A stretch of 63,648 nt of DNA, the filler included, from Octopus bimaculoides (lineage: Eukaryota): NCBI RefSeq assembly GCF_001194135.2. It is 3 parts of 3 records of this genome, joined end to end, with 100 filler letters (N's around TTAATTAATTAA, not from the genome) between each part and the next. Parts side by side here need not be neighbours in the genome. Positions count along the whole stretch, not along the records: positions 19,229 to 45,109 come from NC_068983.1; 2 more parts are not named here. The stretch is one strand, 5' to 3'. Under the pieces are notes generated by a model, which was not told where the DNA came from, made no database searches, and saw nothing but the letters and a program-made list of their open reading frames with translations. The position numbers and the translations under genes were made by a program. Below, piece by piece: positions 25,751-37,638 of the stretch; the stretch's first letter is position 1, and each line of letters begins with the position of its first letter.

Positions 25751-26468
25751 TCTCGACTTTATCGAGAGAAAGCATAACTAGAAACCGCTGCTAATGCAGC
25801 ACAAAACAACTAACGATTCCAATAACAGTAATTTCAAACAGCGACTTCAAACGATAACTAACCTTCAGCTACCCAGAATGTACAAAAAAAAAAAATTTCG
25901 ACTCCGAACTCTGAACTCACTCGGATCGTTACTATTTATACTTTACTCGGACCAGTCTACCCCTCGCAAGGGGACTTGTAACTCTCATCCCAACACAATT
26001 AAAACATGGACCTCCAGAGAGGTGTAATAAATATTCATTAACACATTTAGTTGGTTTGTGACGATAAAATACCACATGTTAATGAATCGAAATTCAAAAC
26101 TACTGCTTTTGTAGAGACTTATGAAAAATAATTATTAATATCAGAATAAGCTTGAAATTAATGTAAAAGCCTATATTTCGAGCTCATATTCAAAAGTTAT
26201 TTGGAATTGTTAAAGTTTCAGATTAAAATGATTTGTTTGTAAAAATGATACTAAGCTACTAGAAACTTGAATATATGCTAATGAATATTCTGCATTGTCA
26301 TCTGAGCTTAGCAAATTATGGCAAATATTACCAAAACCAAGGTGAACTTTCCCACCAAGACATATGGAAGAAGAATATTAAGGTTAGTATAACATTAATA
26401 TAGTGGTCGACTATATTTGGTGTTTGAATGGCAATTGAAAATCAAATATTTTCTCTTTCTACTCCTAT

Positions 26469-26491
26469 TTAAACATATCTGTTTAAAACAT
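26469..26491 (-). CDS. Possible short terminal exon of the MAM gene (DVLNRYV*)
   Basis: A 69-nt intron (gtaagt ... ttctaac branch-like site ... ttaactcag|AT) continues phase 1 to a TAA. No homology support. Confidence 0.3.
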
Positions 26492-26560
26492 CTGAGTTAA
26501 GACGAAAGCATTAGAGTTAGAAACAGAAATTGATTAAACAGAATAGATTTAAAAACTTAC

Positions 26561-26890
26561 CTAAACCTGGACATTTATTTTTCGTGACGTTGATATAATC
26601 AAGCGAAACTGAACTACCAACAGCTTGGTAAAAGATACTGTTTATCCTTTGTGTCAGGAAAATAAATTTGGTAGGCATCTTTCTCTCAATATATACTTGA
26701 TATATTAGCCATGGGGTTGTACCTCGACTCACCACACTGAAAAGTGATTTCTTGCTAAATGCATTATAAATGGTCAGGTTACAACTACCGATTATCTTGT
26801 ATCTTATTTGCACACAACTATTGGTAATGTTTTCAGTCGGAGATGCCAAACCATGAGTATTGTATCTAGGAGAAGCTTGCATGTACACAT
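26561..26890 (-). CDS. MAM-domain protein, main exon of MAM repeat 2
   Basis: Minus strand: tttcttctccag|AT acceptor and TTA G|gtaagt donor, 330 nt, phase 1-1. (D)VYMQASPRYNTHGLASPTENITNSCVQIRYKIIGSCNLTIY...PWLIYQV...KFIF...SVSLDYINVTKNKCPGL fits MAM (YM.AS, L.SP, C...Y..G..L.I, W, SLD.I.V...C). Confidence 0.82.
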
Positions 26891-28242
26891 CTGGAGAAGA
26901 AATTTGAAAATATATTTATTTTGTAAGGAATTTATATTTAGTGTTACAAAATTCACCTCATAATATAAAAGAATATCTTCATANNNNNNNNNNNNNNNNN
27001 NNNNNNNNNNNNNNNNNNNNNNNNNNNNNNNNNNNNNNNNNNNNNNNNNNNNNNNNNNNNNNNNNNNNNNNNNNNNNNNNNNNNNNNNNNNNNNNNNNNN
27101 NNNNNNNNNNNNNNNNNNNNNNNNNNNNNNNNNNNNNNNNNNNNNNNNNNNNNNNNNNNNNNNNNNNNNNNNNNNNNNNNNNNNNNNNNNNNNNNNNNNN
27201 NNNNNNNNNNNNNNNNNNNNNNNNNNNNNNNNNNNNNNNNNNNNNNNNNNNNNNNNNNNNNNNNNNNNNNNNNNNNNNNNNNNNNNNNNNNNNNNNNNNN
27301 NNNNNNNNNNNNNNNNNNNNNNNNNNNNNNNNNNNNNNNNNNNNNNNNNNNNNNNNNNNNNNNNGTATGACAATATAGATTAGATAGAAATGACTAAACT
27401 ACTTATCTTCACTAGTTGACTGAGGACGAATCAACTCAGTCAAAATTCTATTCCTTATCTATTCTTTAAGTGATATCCATTTATAGGTAGGAGAATCAAG
27501 TTATGGATACGGTACATTGAGTGTGATAAATACCAACTAAAACTACTGATTGTTAAAATGATGTCTCACTGACTAGGTCGGATCCGAATCCCAGATAGTT
27601 TTCTAGTAAAATAACTAAAGAGAACAGTAAGAGGAAAATATTTAGCGTAAGAAGTCTTGCCACCAAATTTGTAAATATGTTTGACTACATATTTTTCTAA
27701 AGGTGCATTTCTGTTACGCTTATCTGTATGCCTGTTTGTTGCTTCTAAGGAGATATAAGTAACATAGAGAAGTGAACAGTAAAACTAACATCCTTCACAA
27801 AATCCTGCCTTTGTTTTTGTGTGCATACTATGACAAGGCTACCTAGTATGATAATAATGATGATGATATAGATTAGGTAAAGGTATTAAACAACTGAACA
27901 TGTCTTAAAATTCTTTTATACCTACCGAAAGACATTGACGGTTTTATGTAGAATTTATAAGGTTGAATTTATAGGAATATGGGATCTTTTCCTTTTGGCC
28001 GGCACATAGAAAAAATAATTTTTTGTAACTAAACACTTTCAAATTTCGTATACTGGTAGAATGTGTCATTTAAAACATCATTAACCCTTGGTGTTTTTAA
28101 GAAAATTCTTTATTTTCGAAGTTATTTCGTGTTAAAGTTGTCGTAGTTCGGTACTTTCAACCAATCAATGACGTCTATTGAGGTGAAAACAATTACTGCT
28201 GTGGTTTGTCAACAAGACGTTCTGGCGATGTAAATTTACTCT

Positions 28243-28770
28243 GTCACTGTTATTTATGACATCGTTCGTACGTTTGTACTGGTTTTAGCTTTAGGGTTTT
28301 AGGGTTAGGGTTCAGGTTTTAGAGTTAGGGTTAGGGTTTTAGGGTCAGGATTAGGGATAGGGTTTTAGAGTTAGGGTTAGGGTTAGGCTAGGGTTTTTTC
28401 AGATACTATTTTCGGAAATACATTTTTGCCCCCTCCCCCTCTAATTTTTTCATTTTCCCCATTTTCCGTAGCTCTAACCCTAAAATCCCAACTCTAACCC
28501 TAACCCTAAAACCTCACCCTCAACCCTAACTCTAAAACCCTAACCCAAATCCTAAAACCCTAATATTAACTCTAAAACCCTAACCCTAACTTTAAAACCC
28601 TAACCCTAACTTTAAAACCCTAACCCTAAAGCCCTAATCCTAACCTGACCCTAAAATCCTAACCCTAACCCTAACTCTAAAACCCTATCCCTAACCCTAA
28701 AACCCTAACTCTAAAACCCTAAAGCTAAAACCAGTACAAACGCACAAACGATGTCATAAAAAACAGTGAC
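28243..28770. repeat. Foldback element with degenerate head-to-head telomeric repeats, (TTAGGG)n-spacer-(CCCTAA)n
   Basis: TTAGGG/TTTTAGGG units at 28291-28393 and CCCTAA units at 28472-28722. Flanks are mirror images (gtcactgtt.tttatgacatcgtt.gt.cgtttgtactggttttagct versus agctaaaaccagtacaaacgcacaaacgatgtcataaaaaacagtgac). Confidence 0.85.
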
Positions 28771-29552
28771 AAACGAAATATATACCGTCGATNNNNNNNN
28801 NNNNNNNNNNNNNNNNNNNNNNNNNNNNNNNNNNNNNNNNNNNNNNNNNNNNNNNNNNNNNNNNNNNNNNNNNNNNNNNNNNNNNNNNNNNNNNNNNNNN
28901 NNNNNNNNNNNNNNNNNNNNNNNNNNNNNNNNNNNNNNNNNNNNNNNNNNNNNNNNNNNNNNNNNNNNNNNNNNNNNNNNNNNNNNNNNNNNNNNNNNNN
29001 NNNNNNNNNNNNNNNNNNNNNNNNNNNNNNNNNNNNNNNNNNNNNNNNNNNNNNNNNNNNNNNNNNNNNNNNNNNNNNNNNNNNNNNNNNNNNNNNNNNN
29101 NNNNNNNNNNNNNNNNNNNNNNNNNNNNNNNNNNNNNNNNNNNNNNNNNNNNNNNNNNNNNNNNNNNNNNNNNNNNNNNNNNNNNNNNNNNNNNNNNNNN
29201 NNNNNNNNNNNNNNNNNNNNNNNNNNNNNNNNNNNNNNNNNNNNNNNNNNNNNNNNNNNNNNNNNNNNNNNNNNNNNNNNNNNNNNNNNNNNNNNNNNNN
29301 NNNNNNNNNNNNNNNNNNNNNNNNNNNNNNNNNNNNNNNNNNNNNNNNNNNNNNNNNNNNNNNNNNNNNNNNNNNNNNNNNNNNNNNNNNNNNNNNNNNN
29401 NNNNNNNNNNNNNNNNNNNNNNNNNNNNNNNNNNNNNNNNNNNNNNNNNNNNNNNNNNNNNNNNNNNNNNNNNNNNNNNNNNNNNNNNNNNNNNNNNNNN
29501 NNNNNNNNNNNNNNNNNNNNNNNNNNNNNNNNAATACAGAATATTTGTTTAC

Positions 29553-29663
29553 CATTTGTTGATCCGCTTACGTTTCCTGATTGTACTCTTTCCCATTTAC
29601 TGTACATAAAATTGTAATACTGGCATATCATTGGGTTTGAGAAGTTACAGGAAATGCTTCTGG
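29553..29663 (-). CDS. MAM-domain protein, N-terminal exon of MAM repeat 2
   Basis: Minus strand: ctttctcactaaag|CC acceptor and AAT G|gtaaac donor, 111 nt, phase 1-1. (A)RSISCNFSNPMICQYYNFMYSKWERVQSGNVSGSTN fits C.F....C.Y....W.R and has N-glycosylation sequons. Confidence 0.8.
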
Positions 29664-29989
29664 CTTTAGTGAGAAAGAGAAAAAAAGGCAATCTTCGTTA
29701 GCGCAATGTTAAGATATTAACAGTAATAATATACAACTTGTATTTTACATAGCACATAAACATAAGCAGCGATAAGTAGCGTTAAAGAATAGCACCAATT
29801 GGAGGTGAGTACTTTTTTCGCTGTGTAATATTAACTTTGAAAGAAAGTAGTGACTAAAACAATGGTTAGTCAAAGTTATTAATTAATGGAAAACCGTATC
29901 GGTCAGGCGATTGGTATCTAGATATAGTAGTCTGTGGACCAGTGGATAGGGATGGCCTAGGTTGTTCAGAATTCAAATTCATCGGTTAC

Positions 29990-30860
29990 ACAGACCACGC
30001 CTTTGTGATCTGAGCGGGCGACGTGTATAAACAAAGACCCGTTCCTTGACGCGTCACCACGGTGCGCCAAACTTAGTGAAACCTAATTAGCGAAATTCCA
30101 CTTTCTATTTAGGGGACGTGTTTCACTGGTCAGCTTCTCAATTTGCTGACAATATCCGCTGGGTGACGGACTAGAGAAGCCGTGGTTGATGATGCACAGA
30201 CATGTGTGCAGCCTGCGAGATCTTGAGCAATTTTTTGATGGTGAACAGGTATGATCGCCAATTTTCGGACGGGTCTCTTGATAAAGGAACAAACTGGGTC
30301 AAATAAAGACCAACACATAGTAGTCATCTGAGATGTCATCTAATGCTCAAACTCTTCCATGAGTTGAGAAGTGTGGTCAGTAGAAGTTCAACCATAGCAT
30401 CTTATGAGGGTTTGTAATGTGAAAGTGAGACGACGTTCTCAGGGAGGCTCTAGACGTTGACGAAAATCAATTGGCTGGTCTGCTCCGGAGGACTTCCTGA
30501 CATCCATGGATAACTCCCAAAATTCCTTACCTAGCAGTGCTACTGGAAAATGGAAACCTCCCCAAGATATACGCAGAGGAAGAAACTGTTCTGTACGCAC
30601 TCGTTCACTGCTCGAATATAGATAATTTGCGGAGTTTTGTCGAACAACTGATGTCGGGTGTAGGACGGATATAACTAATACATAGCACATTGTGGAGAGC
30701 GCCCTGGCACCTTCCTTTGGCCGAGGTGGACAAGTAGTATTTATTTCTGTGGTGACCTTCGCGAAAGTAGTTGTGGTCCAGATTGAAAGCGCTAGAGTCA
30801 AACATATTCCATTTTGAACAAACCTTTATCAGCATTTCAAGTTTCCCTTGAAAAGAAAAC
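29990..30860 (-). mobile_element. Possible BEL/Pao LTR retrotransposon 3' remnant
   Basis: FIKRPVRKLAIIPVH resembles the RPxxKLxxL C-terminal motif of BEL integrase. Otherwise heavily degraded. Confidence 0.3.
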
Positions 30861-30863
30861 AAG

Positions 30864-30911
<48 letters not shown>

Positions 30912-31394
30912 TGTTACCCTCCTGAAAATTTCTTAAAGAGTAGATGAGTGCAGCGACATGATCTAAATAAATAATCCCACTCTGAGCACATATCTGATTT
31001 AGGGAAGACCAGATGGGAAGGCACGTGCTTTAGTGTTCAGGTTTTGAGATATTTCCACGAGTAGAAATTTTAATTTCCCTCTTTTGAGGAATTATTTTTG
31101 GAATCTACTGTTGCTGGTCTTCTTTTTACTTACTTTTTGAAGCTATCTCACAGTGTATCGTGCTGTGCCATCCTCATAATTTTTGCGAAACCTCGGTGAT
31201 TACTAATGAAAATATTATCATTAAGGTTGTAAGACACATGTCTCAAAGTTTCGGGCCTTGCGCCTAATGTAGAAAGGATTATCATTNNNNNNNNNNNNNN
31301 NNNNNNNNNNNNNNNNNNNNNNNNNNNNNNNNNNNNNNNNNNNNNNNNNNNNNNNNNNNNNNNNNNGTTTATTATTATTATTATTATTATTATT

Positions 31395-32130
31395 TCTTTT
31401 TATCACAGGTTTTGTTGGAACTCATTGAGTCTTGCATGCGTAGCAGGCTTGCTACCTGCTATCCGCTCTTTCCAGCTATCTAATACTTTCCTGATTATTC
31501 TGGCCATACCAAGAAGGCCAAACTTTTGTAACAATTCTACTGGGCACTCTATTCCAGTTGCCTTGATATTCCTCTTGATGCCTTCTGATACTGTCCCCAA
31601 GGACCCAGAAACAGTTGGCACTATCTTCACCTTCTTCAGTTTTCATTGCCGTACTATTTCGTACTTAAGAGAGTTGTATTTATCTATTTTTGCGCCTTCC
31701 TTCTTGACTATTTGTCGGTCAAAAGGGCATGCAACATCAACCATATAGCACCTATAGTGCATCTTGTCCACTAACATTAGGTCCGGTCTGTTATACTCTA
31801 GCACCTGGTCTGTTTGGATTGAGAAATCACAGAGGATTTTGCTCGTCTCCGAATCCATAACTTTCTGCGTTTTGTGCTCATACCACGTCTTGCATCTTTC
31901 TAGCCCCCATTTTTTGCAATTTTCCAATGGAGCACTTACACTACTTGATCACGTCGCTACAACTTGTATTGCTTTTGGGCATGTCGTTTGTGATATGGGC
32001 AATGGCTTTATCCACAGCGGAGACACTTGTTCATTCCAAACGTTGACCCTCCATTTCGTGGTCAAAGATTGGTCTTGCGCTGCCAGTATAGTGCTTTCAG
32101 TCTCTTTTTTTAGTGTCCCCTACATGCGAT
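31395..32130 (-). mobile_element. R4/Dong-like LINE, restriction-like endonuclease domain and 3' end
   Basis: KTWYEH...CDFSIQTDQVLEYNRPDLMLVDK...DVACPFD..IVKKE..KIDKY..L...IVP.V.GSLG...LLGMARIIRKVLD. The 3' end runs into (AAT)n. Confidence 0.75.
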
Positions 32131-32219
32131 GAGAACTCTCAGCTTATTTTGCTGGGTATGATGCAAATTGTCAGCTGTCAACAGACAACAGACTAAAGTG
32201 ACACTTGTTTACTTTTCAA

Positions 32220-32760
32220 GCTTCATGCAATGCTAATTTTTGTAGGTGTTCTACCTTCACCCTCGCACCAATATTTTTTAGCCATGTTGCTTGTTGAATG
32301 CTGCGTGCCAAATACTATTGGTATCACGTCTACTCTTGTCATTGACCACAACATTCGTATTTCCCACTTCAAATCGTCATAGCTGTTTATTTTTTCTCTT
32401 TTCTCATTGAGCCTGTTGTCACCGGAGCATGCTAAATCAATTATCATGCCTGTTCTTTCTTTTATATTCACAACTGTGTCCGGCTTCTGATGTCTTGTCA
32501 GGTAGTTGCACTGAATCATCGCATCCTACAAGATTTTGCAATTCCTCATTTTCGTGACTCCTTCTGGGATTTGCCCATACCACGTCTTTGCACTTTGTAC
32601 GCCGTGATTTCCACAGAGTTCCCAATGGATCATCCTTATAACTGCTGAAATTCGGGAGTCCATGAGCAATTGCACAAGTTGCTGATCACCTGGTTTGGAT
32701 GGTACGCCCTATGAATTCTATGTACTCATGCCAGATTTGTTTGGCGACCTCTTAGCAGTC
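32220..32760 (-). mobile_element. Second R4/Dong-like RLE fragment
   Basis: HQKPDTVV..KERTGMIIDLACSGDNRLNEKREKINSYDDLKWEIRMLWSMTRVDVIPIVFGT. Confidence 0.7.
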
Positions 32761-32769
32761 GTCTACCCC

Positions 32770-34768
32770 AACTGGTAACAGAACGGGAGAATTCCTAGTG
32801 TTGTTAGCAGGGCGTGTGGTGACACTGCTGAGGAAAGACGTCGACCACGGGGATTTACTAGGAAATGTTCGGCCCATAACTCTGTTAAACACAGAGTTTG
32901 AGGATTTGGCCAAGGTGTTAGCGAAAAGGCTGGCGCTTTTCGTAGGTTACCTGATCGGAGAAACGCAGATGTGCGAAATCTCGAGTAGGTCTATCCATGA
33001 TAGCCTCCATCTTATGCGATACACCAGAGAGATGGCTGGGACCAAAGCTGGCTTTGGAGGTTCTCTGATCAATTTGGATCAACTGAAAGAATTCAATAGA
33101 GTCGGCCATCACTGCTTGGAATCCGTCCTGAAAGCAGGCGGTTTCGGACACACTTTTAGAGGATGGATCACTGCAATGCACAGAGACACCTGTTCGGTGG
33201 TCAGTGTAAATGGTCACCTATCGGAGTTGTTTGGCGTCGCACGCTCGGTCCGTCAGCGCTTCCCGCTGTCATCTCTTCTGTATTTGCACTCGAGCCACTA
33301 CTGCGAAAGTTAGAACAGCTAAGGGGCATCCCTTTTGAAATGGGACAGGGAAGGGCAATGTCGACATACACGGACGCCGTTACCATCACAGTCTCGGACG
33401 CCTCCGAAGTGTAGACGGTCGCCCCCATTCTAAAGGAATATTAGTCGGTTGCAGAGGCTAAAATCAACGACGACAAATCGGTAGGTTTGCAGTTGGGCTC
33501 CTGGAGAGGCAGGATGATACAATCGGACGGCGTCATCGTACGTCATCGAGCAGTTGGACCAGTTAAACTGCTCGGGGTCTGGTTTGGTCCCGACCTCCAG
33601 TTTGATAATAACTGAGATGTGGTGGCAAACATTGTGACCAGTCTTACCCAGAAATAGGCAGAGAGGAAGTTCTCTGTAAAAGGTCGGGCAAGGGTGGAAA
33701 ATGCGTACATCCTCTCCATTATTTATTGTCTGACCGTCGTACCTTGTCTTGGTTACTGCTTGACTAATTGGGAGCGTCTCTTATTTAAATTCTTGTGGAA
33801 GGATGCGTTCCAATGGTCAGGTGCTCAGTTTGTTGCCAGCATCTTCTGAATGGTGGATTAGGTGTGCCATGGTTCCTAATGAACAGACACGTTCTTAGGT
33901 TACTCCATTTGCAACGATTTCTGGATGGTGAGCGCTTGTAGGCTCCGTTTGTGTGTGGGATCCGTCTTACCGCAGCTCATCCTTCTGACGGAGCTGCAGT
34001 CCTGGGTGAAAAAAAGACCGACGTCGAGCAACAAGGCAAAAGCTCGCTCGATCTCACAGCCCTCTAACAGTCAGGCAATAGAATCGGAGGATGTTCCACT
34101 TTAGAAATTCATAGGGGATGAGTGGAGAGGAAGTGTGACGACATTCTCGGGGAGAATCTGGGCACCGACGAGTAAGAATTGGCTAGTCTGTTCTGAAAGA
34201 CTTTCCGTCGGGGACTATCATGGATAATTGTCTGATATCTTTGACCTGACAATGCTACCGCGGGCACTACCGATTCGAGATAAACTCTACAGGCACGTTT
34301 TTGTTGCCAGACGGACTTGTCCGAGATGAACGCTCTGAGAAGAACTCGTTCTGCATGCCCCTATTCAGTGTCCAGACATTGCTGACTTGTGGGGCTATGT
34401 CAAACAGCTACAGTCACGTTTGGGACGGATTCATCTGTCCGACGAGTCTGTAGGGATGACTTCCCCGCCACTCTCCCTCAATCAGGCAAGCAAGACAGTT
34501 TTTCTTTGCCTCGTGTCTGTGGCAAAAGAGGTCGTTTGAGGTAGAAGGCTGAAACGCATGAGGACAGATTCATTGCTCTTTGGTAGAGCACTGATTGACT
34601 TCTTCAAGTTTCACTTGCAAAGGAAATTGAGATTGGAGTGGGAAGTACTTTCTTCAAGTGAATTTATTGAAAGGTGGGTGAAAGTTGCGAATATGGCAAG
34701 AGTGGATGGTACCTCTCCGTGTATACCTGTAAGTCGGACAGAAGGAATTGGAGTGGGCAATGAAAACA

Positions 34769-34770
<2 letters not shown>
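32770..34770 (+). mobile_element. L1/Tx1-clade LINE, RT domain to 3' end (pseudogenised)
   Basis: NVRPITLLNTEFEDLAKVLAKRL...SRSIHDSLHLMR...LINLDQ.KEFNRVGH (RT subdomains), RSVRQ..PLS.LL, and a 3' end shared with the other copies. Multiple stops. Confidence 0.8.
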
Positions 34771-34821
<51 letters not shown>

Positions 34822-34927
34822 GAGTGAGAGAGCAGTGCATGCCATCAAAGTGACACTGGGGTAAAATATACGAAGTCCAGTATACCCATTATGACTACCT
34901 GTCCGATAAGGGTACACCAGGCACATG

Positions 34928-34961
<34 letters not shown>

Positions 34962-35400
34962 GAGTGAGAGAGCAGTACATGCAATCAAAATGACACTGAG
35001 GTAAAATATACGAAGTCCAGTATACCCATTATGATTACCTGTCCGATAAGAGTACACCAGGCACATGCATCACAACCATATCTGCGCGACATGGGGATCT
35101 CATATCAAGGTTAACAGCAGGTGCGGCCCAGTTAGATTTTCTTCAGGTTGAACAGCCAATTCTGCTTAAAAGGTCACTGAATAAGGGCTGTTTAAAGATG
35201 TTCATTCACTCATGTTTCTCCGGGTGAATCATCCAAACCCCAAAGAATTCCTCTCAACACAAGGCTTTTATGCTTCTCCACTACTTCTGCTCGTGATCAG
35301 ACATGCACATACCGTGAGCCGCTAAGGGACATACTCAACTGGTTAAAGTTAAACAACTGAGAAGCAAATCTTTGATATTGAACAGAATATTTGCTGTAGC
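34822..35400 (-). mobile_element. LINE-like 3' end with (AAT)n tail; terminal ~110 bp tandemly duplicated
   Basis: 34822-34930 and 34962-35070 are near-identical, each preceded on + by (TAT)n. Confidence 0.55.
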
Positions 35401-36285
35401 CCAACTTTTATACCAACCACATATTGAACCAACGAAGAAGTCATCTTGAGTTTAATTCACTTTTTTACAAATAAGGCTAAGTCTATATGTCATAACCTTC
35501 AACATGGTTGCAATATATAAAATATAAAACTTGTTTCCATCCGTTTTGCTAATTTCTGCTTGACAACCAAAGAACATTGTCTATTTTGTATCTAGTAAAT
35601 ATAATATGACATAGAAATAATTTTACACACGCACGCACACACATACAAACACACACAAGCACATACACAGACACACACACAATTATCAATTTATAGAATG
35701 TTGTGTAAGTATTGCTTAATGCTATGTTTGAAATTCAAATTTCTTAAATGACTGATATCTGAACGAAAAATATGAAGACAAAAATTTTATAACAGAACTA
35801 AATTTGGACCTATTGTAAATCTAAAACAATTAAGAATTCAAAGACCTTAATAAGTTAATCAAAGGCCTCCATTGTTCGACTTATCCAACAAAATCACTGC
35901 TTCGTTTTGCTTGAAGGAATAACCTAGAACAAAACGCAATAGTGAGCCAAATTTGATATTATAATGAATTTCGATATTCGAAATGAATACAGAAGATATA
36001 ATTTGGGAAAGATGTGTAACTATGCTTGCCTCAGTTCCCAGCAACATCTGTGGCTTTATGGTTAGTTACAAAAAGGATAACAATAAAAAAAAGTAAATTA
36101 TTTTTACGCCAGTGTGAAACAGAAAAGCAGAGAAACAATGCTATTAATAGGTGAATATACATGTGTTTAGACGGATAGATTGTGTGAAAGATAAATAGGT
36201 AAGTACATAGATTGGTCATTAGGTAGCTAGATAGACAAAAAGTTTGACAGATAGATCACTGCGACAGGGAAGTAAATAATTTTAC

Positions 36286-36480
36286 CTTGACAATATTCGT
36301 CTTTGAAACCAACATCAAGCAGGGCAATATGGCCATTAAATCCAAACCCATGTGTAGCAATAAATTGATAAGTATACTTTCTGCTGTAGTTGGGTACATT
36401 AACACAAGCAAAATTCCAGTTTCTGCTCTCAATTTCACCAGATTCTTCAAACAACTCTATGTTATTTCCATGCGAATCCT
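36286..36480 (-). CDS. MAM-domain protein, exon with the C-terminal part of MAM repeat 1 (5' part possibly lost in the 10-N gap)
   Basis: Minus strand: EDSHGNNIELFEESGEIESRNWNFACVNVPNYSRKYTYQFIATHGFGFNGHIALLDVGFKDEYCQ fits the MAM C-terminus (W...V......Y.F......G.IALxDV.F...C). Donor CAA G|gtaaaa is phase 1 and in frame with exon 29663. Confidence 0.8.
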
Positions 36481-36493
36481 CTGNNNNNNNNNN

Positions 36494-36576
<83 letters not shown>

Positions 36577-36584
36577 GCATGGTT

Positions 36585-37217
36585 TTGCAAAAGGAACCTT
36601 ACTTTTCTTTCACTACACCATCCCATGCATTCCTCTCAGAGTATGTCCTCGTATCGTCTGTAATACGCGGTAAAGGTAGTTCCTTCATCCGGTTTGTACT
36701 GAAATTTTTCGACAGAGTTTGCAACACCGACTGCTGAAAATGATTCTGCCGTACTTCTCGACTGCAGTAACAACTCTGTTAAATTCTGTAGTTGCTGCTG
36801 CTACTCTTGTTGTTTTACGACTGCTTTCAGTAACTCTTCCATTTCGGTACTAGTTTCAGTTTCAATATTGTTCGAATCCTCGGAACTCTTCGAAACCTTG
36901 ACGCCACTGTTGTATCAGTGGCGATATGGTCCGAATCCTCGTCGCCTCTGTTGTATCAATAGCGATATTGTCTGAATCGTCGACGCTACTATTGTATCGC
37001 ACTTTTGACATACGATATAACGGGATGATAAATAACGTCCTCGCAAATCGTTCCACTCAAGATACACAATACTTGTAATTACACTCGACAATACGCAACT
37101 CTCGGCTTTACACAGCTCTCCTAACTCTCTCCCCACACTCTCTGCGCATCTCCATTTACATTGTGGCACAGTCCATTAGGACCCAACCAAATAGGGGTGT
37201 TCTACTTCCACACAACA
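36585..37217 (-). mobile_element. Gypsy/Ty3 LTR retrotransposon 5' fragment: LTR, PBS and truncated gag
   Basis: The LTR starts TGTTG (37217) and ends CAACA. PBS-like (T/A)GGCGACGAGGAT is complementary to the tRNA-Ser(GCU) 3' end. gag from 36842: MEELLKAVVKQQ...VANSVEKFQYKPDEGTTFTAYYRRYEDI, like Gypsy gag 'F.YDP..G.TF..W..RYED'. Confidence 0.7.
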
Positions 37218-37499
37218 GCTTTATTTCTCTAATTCTCTAATTATACCACAATAGTATACACTACTGCAGCACGACAAAATTGATGAATACTTCGTTAGTT
37301 TGAAATGCTGAATGCAAATTCTATTGTGGATCTATTGGCAACATTGCGATTCAGACCGAAGTCTCTTTTACTTATATTTAAGCTTACAAATTTAATTTGA
37401 GTGCAACTTTGGCAGGCTAAATCAGGATAGCTTCATTAATGCAACTACTTCAATGCTTTAAACGACATATCCAAAATTCTGAAAGTTACCACAACAAGA

Positions 37500-37594
37500 T
37501 TTGATTAACTTGAACTTTTATAATAACGCCATTGAATGCACATGTGCTACTGCTTTTCTGGCTGGTTGCGACGTTTCATCACTCATCCATATCA

Positions 37595-37638
<44 letters not shown>

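Noticed and set aside
36861-37002. Regularly spaced short repeats as a CRISPR-like array
   Set aside because: Eukaryotic context; the units are whole tandem duplications without unique spacers and are explained by the LTR end/PBS.
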